A stretch of DNA of 64,000 nucleotides from an uncultured virus (IMG/VR IMGVR_UViG_3300042446_000574) (IMGVR_UViG_3300042446_000574), one strand, 5' to 3'. Positions 26,367 to 35,607 are shown, counted from the first letter of the stretch. Translations and numbers: made by a program. Notes: generated by a model not told the origin, from the letters alone.

Positions 26367-27101
26367 ATGAACAATTTACCAATGATTGCCAACCGCGTCG
26401 AAGAAAAAATACAAGACGTGCAGCTTGTTATCCAGAACCGCGAATTAAGGATTTTTAAAACAGGTACAAAGGAAGCCATCCCGAAGATTGCCCAAACATT
26501 AAGCCAACTTCTCCCCGTGTATGGCATTGAGCCAAAGCCAGAGCACTTAATGGAAGTCACCGACTTTATTTCAAATTACAAGTTACTTGCCGTCGATGAA
26601 ATTAAATTGGCATTTGAAAAGTTTGCAAAACAAGAACTTGATATTAATGACCACAAATTATACGGCAAAGTTGACCTTCATGCCATTGGTCGAATATTAA
26701 CGGCTTATATAACATGGAGGCAAAAGATATACTTTGCCATGGATTCCGACATTCAGGCGAAGAAAGAAGAAGAAGATCGCATTAAACGCCTGGGTAAAGT
26801 GGCTGAGGAATACGATAAGGACTTTGATAACAAGTTGAAAAACTTTCAAAAGCCATTGGAAGAAATACCCGTATTTTGGTACGACGAATGCGTTAAGCGT
26901 GGTTATATCAATGAATGGAAGGAAGGGGAAAAGGAAGCCTTGTGGCTTGAGGCTCAGGAAATGGCAAAGCAGGAAAAGCCCGATTCAGATAATTTAATTG
27001 ATCGCAAGAACCACATGAGGAAAATTGAAGAAGGAAATATGCCCCGTGCCCGCGCACTTGCTTACAAGTTAGCCGTCTGGCGCAAGGTGTTGCTAAGATA
27101 A
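26367..27101 (+). CDS. Putative helicase loader or replication accessory protein
   Basis: Follows the initiator; EIKLAFE...GRILTAY; function inferred from position. Confidence 0.45.
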   Translation: MNNLPMIANRVEEKIQDVQLVIQNRELRIFKTGTKEAIPKIAQTLSQLLPVYGIEPKPEHLMEVTDFISNYKLLAVDEIKLAFEKFAKQELDINDHKLYGKVDLHAIGRILTAYITWRQKIYFAMDSDIQAKKEEEDRIKRLGKVAEEYDKDFDNKLKNFQKPLEEIPVFWYDECVKRGYINEWKEGEKEALWLEAQEMAKQEKPDSDNLIDRKNHMRKIEEGNMPRARALAYKLAVWRKVLLR

Positions 27102-27125
27102 GTTTCATAATTTGGTTTTGTTTTG

Positions 27126-27158
27126 GTGGGGCATAGAAATTATGCCTCACTTTTTTTT
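27126..27158 (+). terminator. Intrinsic terminator
   Basis: GTGGGGCATA-GAAAT-TATGCCTCAC + T8. Confidence 0.8.
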
Positions 27159-27167
27159 AATTTATTT

Positions 27168-27219
27168 TTGTAAATATTTTTTTATTCAAATAATTATATT
27201 TAAATTTACGTATTGAAAA
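27168..27219 (+). promoter_or_regulatory. Repeated ~52-bp intergenic element, copy 1 of 3
   Basis: TTGTAAATATTTTTTT...TTAAATTTACGTATTGAAAA. Confidence 0.7.
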
Positions 27220-27237
27220 TAACAAAAGCCAATTATC

Positions 27238-27456
27238 ATGATGACAATGAATGAATTAAAAAACCACTTTGACAAGGTTCACGAATTAGTAGCCGATGCA
27301 GCATTTGTAAAAACTGTTTATCACGCGGTAAAATCTCAGGGTTGCACCGATGAAGAATGGGAGGCAAACAAAATGCCAATAGTTGCAAGAATGGCAAACG
27401 AGTATCTAAACAAGTTAGACCAGGATATTAAAAAAGTTCAAGAATCATGGAGCTAA
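27238..27456 (+). CDS. Hypothetical protein (72 aa)
   Basis: ORF directly after the repeated element. Confidence 0.6.
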   Translation: MMTMNELKNHFDKVHELVADAAFVKTVYHAVKSQGCTDEEWEANKMPIVARMANEYLNKLDQDIKKVQESWS

Positions 27457-27490
27457 CAACTCCATTTTTCCACCTTCAAAAACTTACCAA

Positions 27491-27754
27491 ATGAATATTA
27501 CAAAATACACCTGCAAATGTACCCTTGATAAAAAGCTGGGTCACTTTGTACACGTTATCTTCTCCCACGGCTTCGGATTGTACGGGCAAACGTCGCCGCA
27601 TTCGCCTGAAGATAACATGGAGATTCACGGCTGGACATTTGAGCCGCATGACATTGACCTTGAATTATATCCACAAATCAACAGTCGAAACCTCATGCCT
27701 CTTGTTGCTGAGAACGAAATGGACTGGACAATTTTAACAAATCAATCACTTTAA
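27491..27754 (+). CDS. Hypothetical protein (87 aa)
   Basis: A-rich leader; same strand as its neighbours. Confidence 0.6.
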   Translation: MNITKYTCKCTLDKKLGHFVHVIFSHGFGLYGQTSPHSPEDNMEIHGWTFEPHDIDLELYPQINSRNLMPLVAENEMDWTILTNQSL

Positions 27755-27766
27755 AAACAAACCAAA

Positions 27767-28117
27767 ATGGAAAACATTGAAAGCACTTTTACAAACAACG
27801 CTCTTACCCGTTATTACGAGGAACGCATCGTGTATCTTGAAGGCGAAAACGAAAGATTAAGAAACGAGGCTCGCGCCGACTTTTGGATTGTTCTTGATTT
27901 TTGGATTTACTCTCAAAGAATGATTCAGGCTTATGTTAGTTGGCATAATGAAGCGAAGCACGATCATTACCTTGATTGTATAAAAACGATGCTTGAAACA
28001 TTGGAGGCTCATGAAACAAGGGTTTTGGATACTGCGATTAATAAACTAAGAATTGAAGTTATTGCTTGTTGCAAAATCGCGATTATTAAATGCCAACAAA
28101 TAACCGAATCAAGATGA
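27767..28117 (+). CDS. Hypothetical protein (116 aa)
   Basis: A-rich leader; tight gene packing. Confidence 0.6.
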   Translation: MENIESTFTNNALTRYYEERIVYLEGENERLRNEARADFWIVLDFWIYSQRMIQAYVSWHNEAKHDHYLDCIKTMLETLEAHETRVLDTAINKLRIEVIACCKIAIIKCQQITESR

Positions 28118-28374
28118 TTAATATACAAGACTTCGCGCTCAATGCCTCATTAAGCATTTGTCCCAACCATATCGTTGAACCAAAGCACTTGCAAAAATGG
28201 TGGAGGCAAAGGGGAGTCGGTGAACTTGAAAAATACTTTTACACAGGAAATAAGATTAGTTACGCTCAGGAAATAGACTGGAAGGCAATAAGTGACCACA
28301 AAAAACAAATGTGGTACGATTCTCAAAATTTTCAAATTCAAGCAGGAAATGAATATTCTAAAAGGCAGGGTTAA
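28114..28374 (+). CDS. Hypothetical protein
   Basis: ATGA overlap with the previous ORF. Confidence 0.55.
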   Translation: MINIQDFALNASLSICPNHIVEPKHLQKWWRQRGVGELEKYFYTGNKISYAQEIDWKAISDHKKQMWYDSQNFQIQAGNEYSKRQG

Positions 28375-28807
28375 ATACACGGCGGGAAAAGTGTTCGAGG
28401 GTCAATATGGACCATCCATTAACGCCGCAATCACATTAGACAACGGTACGGACATCCGCGTTTACGGAAAACCAGACGATACAAAGTTAATGGCTTTGAA
28501 AAAAGACGACACCGTTACCATCATTCACGACGGCAAAAGTTACAAGGTCGCATTTGACATGGTCACAGCCGACGAAATACCTGAAAAGGTACAAACACCC
28601 ACCGAAGGCGCGAACGTGCAGCAGGCGGCAAATGTACCCCCTAAAAGCAACGGTAAGCTAACACATGATGAAATCACGGAAAAGGCGACGTTAATGACTT
28701 CGGTTTATGCTGACATATTTCACCAGTTGCAAGCATCAGGCTTAGAACCTGCCCAGGCGCAACCTGCCGCCGCCACGATCTTTATTCAAATCGGAAAATA
28801 TTTTTAA
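28349..28807 (+). CDS. Hypothetical protein (OB-fold-like N-terminus)
   Basis: Start MNILKGRV; followed by a terminator. Confidence 0.55.
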   Translation: MNILKGRVKYTAGKVFEGQYGPSINAAITLDNGTDIRVYGKPDDTKLMALKKDDTVTIIHDGKSYKVAFDMVTADEIPEKVQTPTEGANVQQAANVPPKSNGKLTHDEITEKATLMTSVYADIFHQLQASGLEPAQAQPAAATIFIQIGKYF

Positions 28808-28825
28808 TCAATTTGGTACGTTTTT

Positions 28826-28853
28826 CCCCAGCCTGAAAAATGGCTGGGGTTTT
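28826..28853 (+). terminator. Intrinsic terminator
   Basis: CCCCAGCC-TGAAAAAT-GGCTGGGG-TTTT. Confidence 0.65.
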
Positions 28854-28876
28854 ACCGCGCCGCAAAAACAAAAAAA

Positions 28877-29095
28877 ATGAACGACAAATATTTAGAAAGA
28901 GCATTAGATAATATATCGACTGAAATTAATGATATTTTTATTATGCTTAAACAAAAAATTGAAGAACTTGAAAATGATTTGATTGAATTAGAAGAGCAGC
29001 ATGAACAATCTTTAAAAGTTGCTTTTGAAAAAGGTTACGAAGAAGGTGTTAAATATACCGACGGACTTATTAAAGACGAAAAATTCCCATTTTAA
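28877..29095 (+). CDS. Coiled-coil mini-protein
   Basis: AFEKGYEEG motif shared with the next ORF. Confidence 0.55.
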   Translation: MNDKYLERALDNISTEINDIFIMLKQKIEELENDLIELEEQHEQSLKVAFEKGYEEGVKYTDGLIKDEKFPF

Positions 29096-29108
29096 AAACA
29101 AAAGAACC

Positions 29109-29405
29109 ATGGAAAACCAAGAAGAAAAAGAAACGTCGTTGGAATACTTTTACGATAAGGTATTGGACGCCTCCGAGTTTTACGAAAGCGAATACAAAGC
29201 CATTGTCGATGCTTTGAATGAGGCAAAGAAAATGTATGCTGAGGAAATTGCTAAGGCATTTGAAAAGGGTTATATACAAGGGGCTAAGGAGTGGCTTGAA
29301 CCATTTAAAAAACAAATATGGGAAGGTGCAAAAAATAGATATTTAAAGGAACAAAAGGAACAATATGATTATGAAACAAAATTACGTCTTAATATAAATA
29401 AATAA
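29109..29405 (+). CDS. Hypothetical protein
   Basis: Start MENQEEK; AFEKGY motif. Confidence 0.55.
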   Translation: MENQEEKETSLEYFYDKVLDASEFYESEYKAIVDALNEAKKMYAEEIAKAFEKGYIQGAKEWLEPFKKQIWEGAKNRYLKEQKEQYDYETKLRLNINK

Positions 29406-29413
29406 TATTAACC

Positions 29414-30016
29414 ATGCTCCTTCCAAAAAAATATATATCAGTCAGCCAAATCAACCTTTGGTACAGTGACCGTCAAAAGTACATTAATCGTTACTTTTTA
29501 AACCTTCCTGAAGAACCATCCATTTACATGGATTTTGGCAAGCGCTTTGCCGAGGATACGGAGGCGTTTATCAAAAATGGTATAATCATGGAAACCTTTC
29601 CCGATTTTTACATTGATAAAATACAAGGCTTCAAAGGGCTTGAAGCTGAGAAACCAATAAGCCTGAGTATTAATGACATTCAAGTCGTTGGATACATTGA
29701 CGCATGGGACAGGGAGAACAACCGCGTTATTGACTTTAAAACCTCAGGAAGACCGTGGACAATGGAGACCTTGAAAACAAGCCTTCAAATGAAAGTGTAC
29801 GCCCTGGCAATGTTTGTAAATGGGGAAACAATTCCCGAAAGTCAAATCAACTGGCTGGGGACAAAGATGACGAAAAACGGCTTATCTTTTACCGGTGAAA
29901 GTTATGAATTAAACCATACCTTTGAAATGGATGACTTACTCAAAGCCATTGTTTTAATTGAGCAGACTTGCAAGCAGATAAGCGAGGTTTACAAAAGTTT
30001 TTTACATACCCATTAA
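29414..30016 (+). CDS. PD-(D/E)xK exonuclease (Cas4/RecB-like fold)
   Basis: S.SQI, GYID, VIDFKTS and Q...Y motifs. Confidence 0.8.
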   Translation: MLLPKKYISVSQINLWYSDRQKYINRYFLNLPEEPSIYMDFGKRFAEDTEAFIKNGIIMETFPDFYIDKIQGFKGLEAEKPISLSINDIQVVGYIDAWDRENNRVIDFKTSGRPWTMETLKTSLQMKVYALAMFVNGETIPESQINWLGTKMTKNGLSFTGESYELNHTFEMDDLLKAIVLIEQTCKQISEVYKSFLHTH

Positions 30017-30017
30017 A

Positions 30018-30386
30018 ATGGAAGTTATGACCGACGATTTGGAAAATGAATTGAAAAAGATAATGAAATCAGATACAAGGGGACTGAGGTTCAACGATGA
30101 AAAAATCAGATACGACCTTATTCCCCCGTTGGCTAACCGTGAATGCGCCAAAGTTTGGACGAAGGGTTTGGACAAATATCCAGCTGGCAACTGGGAAAAG
30201 GGAATGCCGTGGAGCGAGGTGATTGCCTCCGCCTTACGTCACCTTGAAGCCATTCGCCTCGGTGAGGACATTGACCAGGAAAGCGGTTGTTTGCACGCGG
30301 CGCACTTGCAATGCAACGCTCAGATGTTGACTGAATATTTTTACACAAAAAAGGAATTTGATAACCGTAAAAAATACGACAAATGA
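30018..30386 (+). CDS. dATP/dGTP diphosphohydrolase-domain (DUF5664-like) protein
   Basis: K.RYDLIP, G..KY...NW.KG, RHL and D.ESG..H.AH..CN motifs. Confidence 0.8.
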   Translation: MEVMTDDLENELKKIMKSDTRGLRFNDEKIRYDLIPPLANRECAKVWTKGLDKYPAGNWEKGMPWSEVIASALRHLEAIRLGEDIDQESGCLHAAHLQCNAQMLTEYFYTKKEFDNRKKYDK

Positions 30387-30604
30387 AAATAAAAACGGCA
30401 GTTGAAATTTTAGAAACAAGTTTACTTGGCATTGTTTCTTTTGATTCAGAAGTACTAAGAGATAAATACAAAGAGCGTTTTAAAATTGCCAAACAAATAG
30501 AAAAGGAACAACACGAAATTACTTTTAATGAAGCACTTGACGAAAATTCAAATCGTTGGTTTGAAAAATATTACAACGAAACTTTTAAAAACGAAACAAA
30601 ATGA
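30383..30604 (+). CDS. Mini-protein (TAVE...AK..EKEQ...YYNETFK family)
   Basis: ATGA overlaps on both sides. Confidence 0.6.
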   Translation: MKIKTAVEILETSLLGIVSFDSEVLRDKYKERFKIAKQIEKEQHEITFNEALDENSNRWFEKYYNETFKNETK

Positions 30605-30870
30605 TTTTAACAGCCAAAGAAGAAGCAAAAGAATTAGTTGGACTATTCTATATGACAATGCCTAACGACACTTTGATTCATGAGCCTTTAGGAGAATTTC
30701 AAGAAATTTTTGCGGCTTTAAACCATGCTAAACAATGTGCTTTGATTGCAGTTGATAAGATACTACAAATTTTTAATAACGAATGGACAAAATTAGATTT
30801 TTGGACAGAAGAAATAAACGGAACAATTAATTTTTGGTTAGAAGTTAAACAAGAAATAGAAAAATTATGA
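30601..30870 (+). CDS. MTPKEKAEEL-family paralog
   Basis: TAKEEAKEL, AKQCALIAVD, FWLEVKQEIEKL. Confidence 0.7.
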   Translation: MILTAKEEAKELVGLFYMTMPNDTLIHEPLGEFQEIFAALNHAKQCALIAVDKILQIFNNEWTKLDFWTEEINGTINFWLEVKQEIEKL

Positions 30871-31070
30871 AACAAACAGCAAAACAAAAAGCAGAAGAAT
30901 TGTTCAATAAAATGGATATGATAATTTACACTGACCAAGACAACGCAGATAGTCAATGTATTAGATGTGCGTTAGTTGCAGTTGCTGAAATATTAAATGT
31001 AATATGGAATACTGATATTGATGAATATGATTTTTGGCAAGAAGTAAAAGAGGAACTTCTAAAACTTTAA
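30867..31070 (+). CDS. MTPKEKAEEL-family paralog
   Basis: TAKQKAEEL, CALVAVAEIL, FWQEVKEEL. Confidence 0.7.
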   Translation: MKQTAKQKAEELFNKMDMIIYTDQDNADSQCIRCALVAVAEILNVIWNTDIDEYDFWQEVKEELLKL

Positions 31071-31082
31071 AAACGAAACAAA

Positions 31083-31616
31083 ATGATTTTAACCGACAAG
31101 ACAATTAATGACGAAATTAACGAAGGTAACATCGTTATAGAGCCTTTTATTCCTGAGAACCTTGGCACCAACTCGTATGATTTGACCTTGTCAAATACTT
31201 TGGTGCTTTACACGGAGCGCGTGTTGGATGTGCGCAAGAAAAACCCATCCGCACCAATCATTATTCCAGATGAAGGGATAATTCTGCAACCTGGCATTGT
31301 TTACCTTGCATCAACGGTGGAATACACGGAGACGTTGAAACACGTGCCAATCATTCAAGGCAAATCAAGTCTCGGGAGGCTTGGTTTATTCGTCCACGTG
31401 ACAGCAGGATTTGGCGACGTTGGATTCAAGGGACATTGGACGTTGGAGCTTTTGACGGTTCAACCGCTGAAGATTTACGCGGGAATGAAAATTGCTCAGC
31501 TGACTTACCAGGACATAAGCGAGATGCCAAATGTGTCGTATGATAAAAAGCAAGACGCAAAGTATTCGAATCAAGGCAAAGATCCAGTAGCTTCTAAAAA
31601 CTATCTTAATAAATAG
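31083..31616 (+). CDS. dcd: dCTP deaminase
   Basis: MILTD, SYDLTL, GKSSLGRLGL, AGFGDVGFKG..TLEL and Y..Q motifs. Confidence 0.92.
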   Translation: MILTDKTINDEINEGNIVIEPFIPENLGTNSYDLTLSNTLVLYTERVLDVRKKNPSAPIIIPDEGIILQPGIVYLASTVEYTETLKHVPIIQGKSSLGRLGLFVHVTAGFGDVGFKGHWTLELLTVQPLKIYAGMKIAQLTYQDISEMPNVSYDKKQDAKYSNQGKDPVASKNYLNK

Positions 31617-31619
31617 CCT

Positions 31620-31871
31620 ATGACCGAAGAAGAAAGGGAAAAGCAAAGGGCGTATGACCGCGAATATTATAGAAAAATGTTACCTTTTCAAAAGGATAAA
31701 AGAAGGGAGGCAACACGGCTCAGGAATAAGGACAATTATTGGAAGTTGACGGACGAACAAAGGCAAATAAGAAAAGACAAAAGTCTTGCTTATTATTATG
31801 CGAACATTGAAGCATTGAAAATTAAAGCAAAAGCCTATCGAGAACGAAAATTAAAAAGTAAATATGAGTGA
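31620..31871 (+). CDS. Basic Tyr/Lys/Arg-rich mini-protein
   Basis: Paralog of the 31864 and 21011 ORFs. Confidence 0.55.
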   Translation: MTEEEREKQRAYDREYYRKMLPFQKDKRREATRLRNKDNYWKLTDEQRQIRKDKSLAYYYANIEALKIKAKAYRERKLKSKYE

Positions 31872-32121
31872 AGAAGAAAAGAAAGCCCGAAAATCGGAAT
31901 ACATGAAGGCATATTATAGAAATATGTCCGAATACCACAAAGAGAAAAGGCGCTTAAGAAATTTAGAAACCAAAAAAATAAGGTATTACAAAAACAAGGT
32001 GGAAAAGCCTGAGTTATTATATGACAAACACAAAAGATTTAGGCTTAAAAATGCTGAAAAGATAAAAGCCTATCAAAAAGAATATCGTTTAAAACAAAAA
32101 GAAAAGAAAAATCATGAATGA
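31864..32121 (+). CDS. Basic Tyr/Lys/Arg-rich mini-protein
   Basis: YYRNMSEYHKEKRR pattern. Confidence 0.55.
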   Translation: MSEEEKKARKSEYMKAYYRNMSEYHKEKRRLRNLETKKIRYYKNKVEKPELLYDKHKRFRLKNAEKIKAYQKEYRLKQKEKKNHE

Positions 32122-32308
32122 TAAGAATTTACAAAGGAAAGCGTATGATTTATATGCCGATGCCAAAGAAGTAATTGATAATTTGATTGAAAAAATTGAT
32201 AATTTAGAAGACGATATGAATGTTTTAGACACAGAAATTGAAAAAATGTCTGATAGAATTATTGAACTTGAAGACCATATTTTAAATTTAGAAAAAGAAA
32301 AAAAATGA
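32114..32308 (+). CDS. Coiled-coil mini-protein (resembles 28877)
   Basis: MNDK.L.R start; heptad pattern. Confidence 0.55.
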   Translation: MNDKNLQRKAYDLYADAKEVIDNLIEKIDNLEDDMNVLDTEIEKMSDRIIELEDHILNLEKEKK

Positions 32309-32433
32309 TTACTGAAAGAGAAAAACAAAAATTGATTAAAGATGCCGCCAGCATCTTCGTTGCAGCTGGAGGTATTATTACCTTGGCTTTCGCCATTTAC
32401 TTTATTTTTGACCTTATAAAAAAATGGTACTGA
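32305..32433 (+). CDS. 42-aa single-TM peptide (not in the ORF track)
   Basis: MITEREKQKLIKDAASIFVAAGGIITLAFAIYFIFDLIKKWY; overlapping start/stop. Confidence 0.5.
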   Translation: MITEREKQKLIKDAASIFVAAGGIITLAFAIYFIFDLIKKWY

Positions 32434-32579
32434 TGAAATACGAAATAAAGTACAATGACAAAAGAATGATCATTGAAGCCGAAAGCGTTGAAAAGGCGCT
32501 TGAGCAATTCAAGGAATTAAAAATTGACGTGAAAAACTTTGAGATTAGTATTTCAAAGTTTGGCGAGTACAGGAAATAA
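32433..32579 (+). CDS. 48-aa protein (not in the ORF track)
   Basis: MKYEIKYNDK...IEAESVEKALEQF; TGATG overlap. Confidence 0.5.
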   Translation: MKYEIKYNDKRMIIEAESVEKALEQFKELKIDVKNFEISISKFGEYRK

Positions 32580-32615
32580 AGTGTAAGTAGTAAGTTGTTA
32601 AAAGTGTTCTAATTC

Positions 32616-32649
32616 ATGTCCGCGTTTTTCGATGCGGACATTTTTTTTT
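32616..32649 (+). terminator. Intrinsic terminator
   Basis: ATGTCCGCGT...ATGCGGACAT + T-run. Confidence 0.75.
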
Positions 32650-32658
32650 ATTTTATTA

Positions 32659-32710
32659 TTGTAAATATTTTTTTATTCAAATAAATAATATTAAATTTAC
32701 GTATTGAAAA
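32659..32710 (+). promoter_or_regulatory. Repeated intergenic element, copy 2 of 3
   Basis: Same consensus as 27168. Confidence 0.7.
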
Positions 32711-32729
32711 AAAAACAAAAACAAAACAA

Positions 32730-33065
32730 ATGACAACTTTAGCAAAAACAACAGAAAACAACGCAAAAGTAAAAGCACTTAAAAAAATAGCTGAGACTAA
32801 ATGGACTGGAACAACTATTCACACAAATTTAGATGCTTGTTTAACAGGAATAAATTTAGATAGTACAAATTCAGGATGGTATAAACCATCGGCATCAAGA
32901 ATAGATGGATTAACTGGTATTTTTATGATAAATCAAGATGGTTCAATTTTTTGCGAAGCAAGAGTTATAAAAATAAGCGAAAAAGAATATAAAATAGAAT
33001 ATATGACAATGGCAGGATGGAACGAATTTGAAAATCTTTTTCATCAATTTATGGATGAAAACTAA
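32730..33065 (+). CDS. Hypothetical AT-rich protein (111 aa)
   Basis: Lies between the repeated element and a hairpin at 33080-33101. Confidence 0.6.
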   Translation: MTTLAKTTENNAKVKALKKIAETKWTGTTIHTNLDACLTGINLDSTNSGWYKPSASRIDGLTGIFMINQDGSIFCEARVIKISEKEYKIEYMTMAGWNEFENLFHQFMDEN

Positions 33066-33130
33066 AAATAAAAAAAAACAAGAGGGGGTAAACTCCCTCT
33101 TTATTATTTACCAGTTTAAAAACCATTTTT

Positions 33131-33973
33131 ATGAAAGACAAAATCATTGATTACGTACCTCAGAACAAACGCCTCCCGTACCAAGTTGCCGCAGGCGTTG
33201 GCGTTGCCTTCGTTGTTGGGTTGATTTATTCCCCAATAAATACCCAGTACCATTATACTTCCTTCGTGCCAGTCATTGAGCGCGACACGGTGTATGTTCA
33301 CAAAATAACCACGCTTACTTTTCCTGCAAAGGAAGAAAAAGGCGAAGTAAATGAAATGGCTTATGGCTCAAGGTCATACGGTTGGGAGATAAGGAAAATG
33401 AATATTCATGAATTAAGAAAAAACCTTGAAGGCAAAGGATTCAGAAATCTTGATAAAATTGACCTTTTTAAAATTCGTCGTATATGGCTGGCGTATTCTT
33501 ATGAATCCATGTTGATGAATGTACATCATTTAACCGATTTCCCCGTATCCATGATTTATTCCTTTTTCATCATTGAGGCGACGACCTCAGGGGTTGAAAC
33601 CGAACTTTGGAGAAAACACGCGAACGCTGGGGGTGTGAAGGCTTTGAAAAATCAAAAGTCGGTGACGTACAAAACACGGGAGGTCATTCGCGGACGTGAC
33701 AAATACATACGCGCCAAATTTATGAGCGCAAGCACCACGGAAGAAGGCATGAAACTTTGGGCAGGTGTTTTGAACTCAGGAAGATACGCGGAATGTAAAA
33801 AGGCAAATTACAAGATGAAAGGCATACGGTTGTACGAATCCATTTGTAAGTGCGTTTACAAAAGCGGGTATCACACGGATCGAGATTACAAGTTTCGCGC
33901 TTCGCTTATGGCTGAGTTCTGGGAGTTGAAAAAGAACCATTACCCATTGAAAGGGAAAAGAGATGAATTTTAA
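33131..33973 (+). CDS. Membrane-anchored GH73-like glucosaminidase/muramidase
   Basis: N-terminal hydrophobic segment; IIEA catalytic Glu, NAGGVK, GYHTD (YATD-like). Confidence 0.6.
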   Translation: MKDKIIDYVPQNKRLPYQVAAGVGVAFVVGLIYSPINTQYHYTSFVPVIERDTVYVHKITTLTFPAKEEKGEVNEMAYGSRSYGWEIRKMNIHELRKNLEGKGFRNLDKIDLFKIRRIWLAYSYESMLMNVHHLTDFPVSMIYSFFIIEATTSGVETELWRKHANAGGVKALKNQKSVTYKTREVIRGRDKYIRAKFMSASTTEEGMKLWAGVLNSGRYAECKKANYKMKGIRLYESICKCVYKSGYHTDRDYKFRASLMAEFWELKKNHYPLKGKRDEF

Positions 33974-33991
33974 ATTATTTTGCATTTATTT

Positions 33992-34043
33992 TTGTAAATA
34001 TTTTTTTGTTTCAATATTTAATATTAAATTTACGTATTGAAAA
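33992..34043 (+). promoter_or_regulatory. Repeated intergenic element, copy 3 of 3
   Basis: Same consensus as 27168. Confidence 0.7.
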
Positions 34044-34063
34044 AAAACAAAAACGTATCAATC

Positions 34064-34282
34064 ATGACAAACGAAATGCAATCTTGGAGATTTTTATACA
34101 CTAAACATTTAAGTGTAAAGCAAGCCGTAACAAAAACAGGCGCATTGAAAGAAGGCAGAAATAGTAAATGTTCTTTTATTGTAACCGATGGCAAAGATTA
34201 TTCTGAATGCTTAATGAAGGCAGTACAGGAATGTAAGTTTAATGAAAACCAATTAGTAGGCGCAAGAAAAGTAAATTATTAA
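34064..34282 (+). CDS. Hypothetical protein (72 aa)
   Basis: Follows the repeated element; hairpin AGGGCAGCT/AGCTGCCCT at 34292-34314 downstream. Confidence 0.55.
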   Translation: MTNEMQSWRFLYTKHLSVKQAVTKTGALKEGRNSKCSFIVTDGKDYSECLMKAVQECKFNENQLVGARKVNY

Positions 34283-34345
34283 TTACCTCACAGGGCAGCT
34301 CCCCCAGCTGCCCTAATTTTTTACACACAACAAAAACAAAACCAA

Positions 34346-34894
34346 ATGGAAAAGAATTTTAACAACCTTCAATTCAAATGGACATTCGAAAGTATTTCGG
34401 ATAACATTCCAACCATCATGCTTTTAACAATCGTTTTAACGTATGGCATTAACGCCTACCTAACCGCCATTTTTCTCCCCATTGACTTTTGGCTTGCGAT
34501 CATTGCCGCCAGTATCTTGCAACTCGGACGCTTCGCCGTGGTTTTCATGGACTTCTTGAATCCAACCAAAGGGCGAAGCACATACCCACCAAAGATTGCC
34601 CTGGGCGCGACACTTGTCGCCTTGGTTGAAATCTTTTTCGGCTTGCAGGAAAAGTACGAAGGCGGCGAATTTATCACAATGTTTTTATTCGTTGGCACCA
34701 TCGTTGTTTTCGGTTACCTCCTTGAAATCAACTTTGTTGACAAGGGCGTTGAAGCATACGGTATCAATGTACCTGAGCCAAAGCCAAAGCGCAAAAGGAA
34801 ACCACGCGTAAAGGTTGAGGCAAAAGAAAACAATGAAACCACGGGAACAACGGCAAAAAACTTTGTATCTTCATTTAAAACAATAACACTTTGA
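34346..34894 (+). CDS. Membrane protein with ~4 TM segments
   Basis: Four hydrophobic stretches and a basic tail. Confidence 0.65.
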   Translation: MEKNFNNLQFKWTFESISDNIPTIMLLTIVLTYGINAYLTAIFLPIDFWLAIIAASILQLGRFAVVFMDFLNPTKGRSTYPPKIALGATLVALVEIFFGLQEKYEGGEFITMFLFVGTIVVFGYLLEINFVDKGVEAYGINVPEPKPKRKRKPRVKVEAKENNETTGTTAKNFVSSFKTITL

Positions 34895-35367
34895 GGACAC
34901 TGATAGGCGTTGACCCAGCGTTAAGAATAAAGGGAATGGCGGTTTGCATTATTGCAGACCGCACCATGATTTTTAAAAGGTATAAAAGGTTTGTCGATTT
35001 TATCGGCGACGTTATAACCTGGGTGACATACGAAAACCCCATTGTTTTAGTGGAAGATTCAAGCCTCCAGAATGTGACCTTTAATAATTCAATCAACCGC
35101 GCGATCCTTTCTCGAATGTCCCGCAACGTTGGCATGAATCAAGCCTCTTCCAGGATTGCTTATGAATGGATAAAGGAACATGACATTGAAGCCTATAATA
35201 TTAGCCCTGAAGCAAAGGGTAAAAAGTTTAATAAAGACGTCTTTATGCGAGTTGTCGCAAGTGAGCGATTGAAATTTGAACCAGATTTTAAACCCGCCAA
35301 AATAAGTCAAGATGAAATCGACGCTTTCTTTCTTGCGCTTATGGCAAAAAATTATATCAAAAGATGA
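34891..35367 (+). CDS. RuvC-like (RNase H fold) resolvase or nuclease
   Basis: IGVDP, VLVED and DEIDA motifs. Confidence 0.65.
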   Translation: MRTLIGVDPALRIKGMAVCIIADRTMIFKRYKRFVDFIGDVITWVTYENPIVLVEDSSLQNVTFNNSINRAILSRMSRNVGMNQASSRIAYEWIKEHDIEAYNISPEAKGKKFNKDVFMRVVASERLKFEPDFKPAKISQDEIDAFFLALMAKNYIKR

Positions 35368-35606
35368 AAAATCTTGAAACAAAAGCAAACGATCCAATAC
35401 ACAACGTTATTAATTCAAAAAAGGATTATTCGGACGATAATATTTATAAAAGTAATGGTCTAACCAAACGCGAATACTTTGCATCAATGGCAATGCAAGG
35501 AATAATAAGTAACAAAGATGGACTTGATATTAAAATTGAACGCATTGTTGAAAGTGCGGTCGACACGGCAGACGCCTTAATTGAGGAACTAAACAAAACA
35601 AAGTAA
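35364..35606 (+). CDS. GLTKREYFA-family phage mini-protein
   Basis: GLTKREYFASMAMQG...ADALIEEL. Confidence 0.7.
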   Translation: MKNLETKANDPIHNVINSKKDYSDDNIYKSNGLTKREYFASMAMQGIISNKDGLDIKIERIVESAVDTADALIEELNKTK

Positions 35607-35607
35607 G

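Noticed and set aside
29414..30016. CRISPR-associated cas4
   Set aside because: A stand-alone phage PD-(D/E)xK nuclease without the Fe-S cysteine set or other cas genes.
30018..30386. Z-genome (2-aminoadenine) or 7-deazaguanine pathway
   Set aside because: A DUF5664-like gene is present, but no purZ, DNA polymerase or que/dpdA genes are seen in the complete unit.
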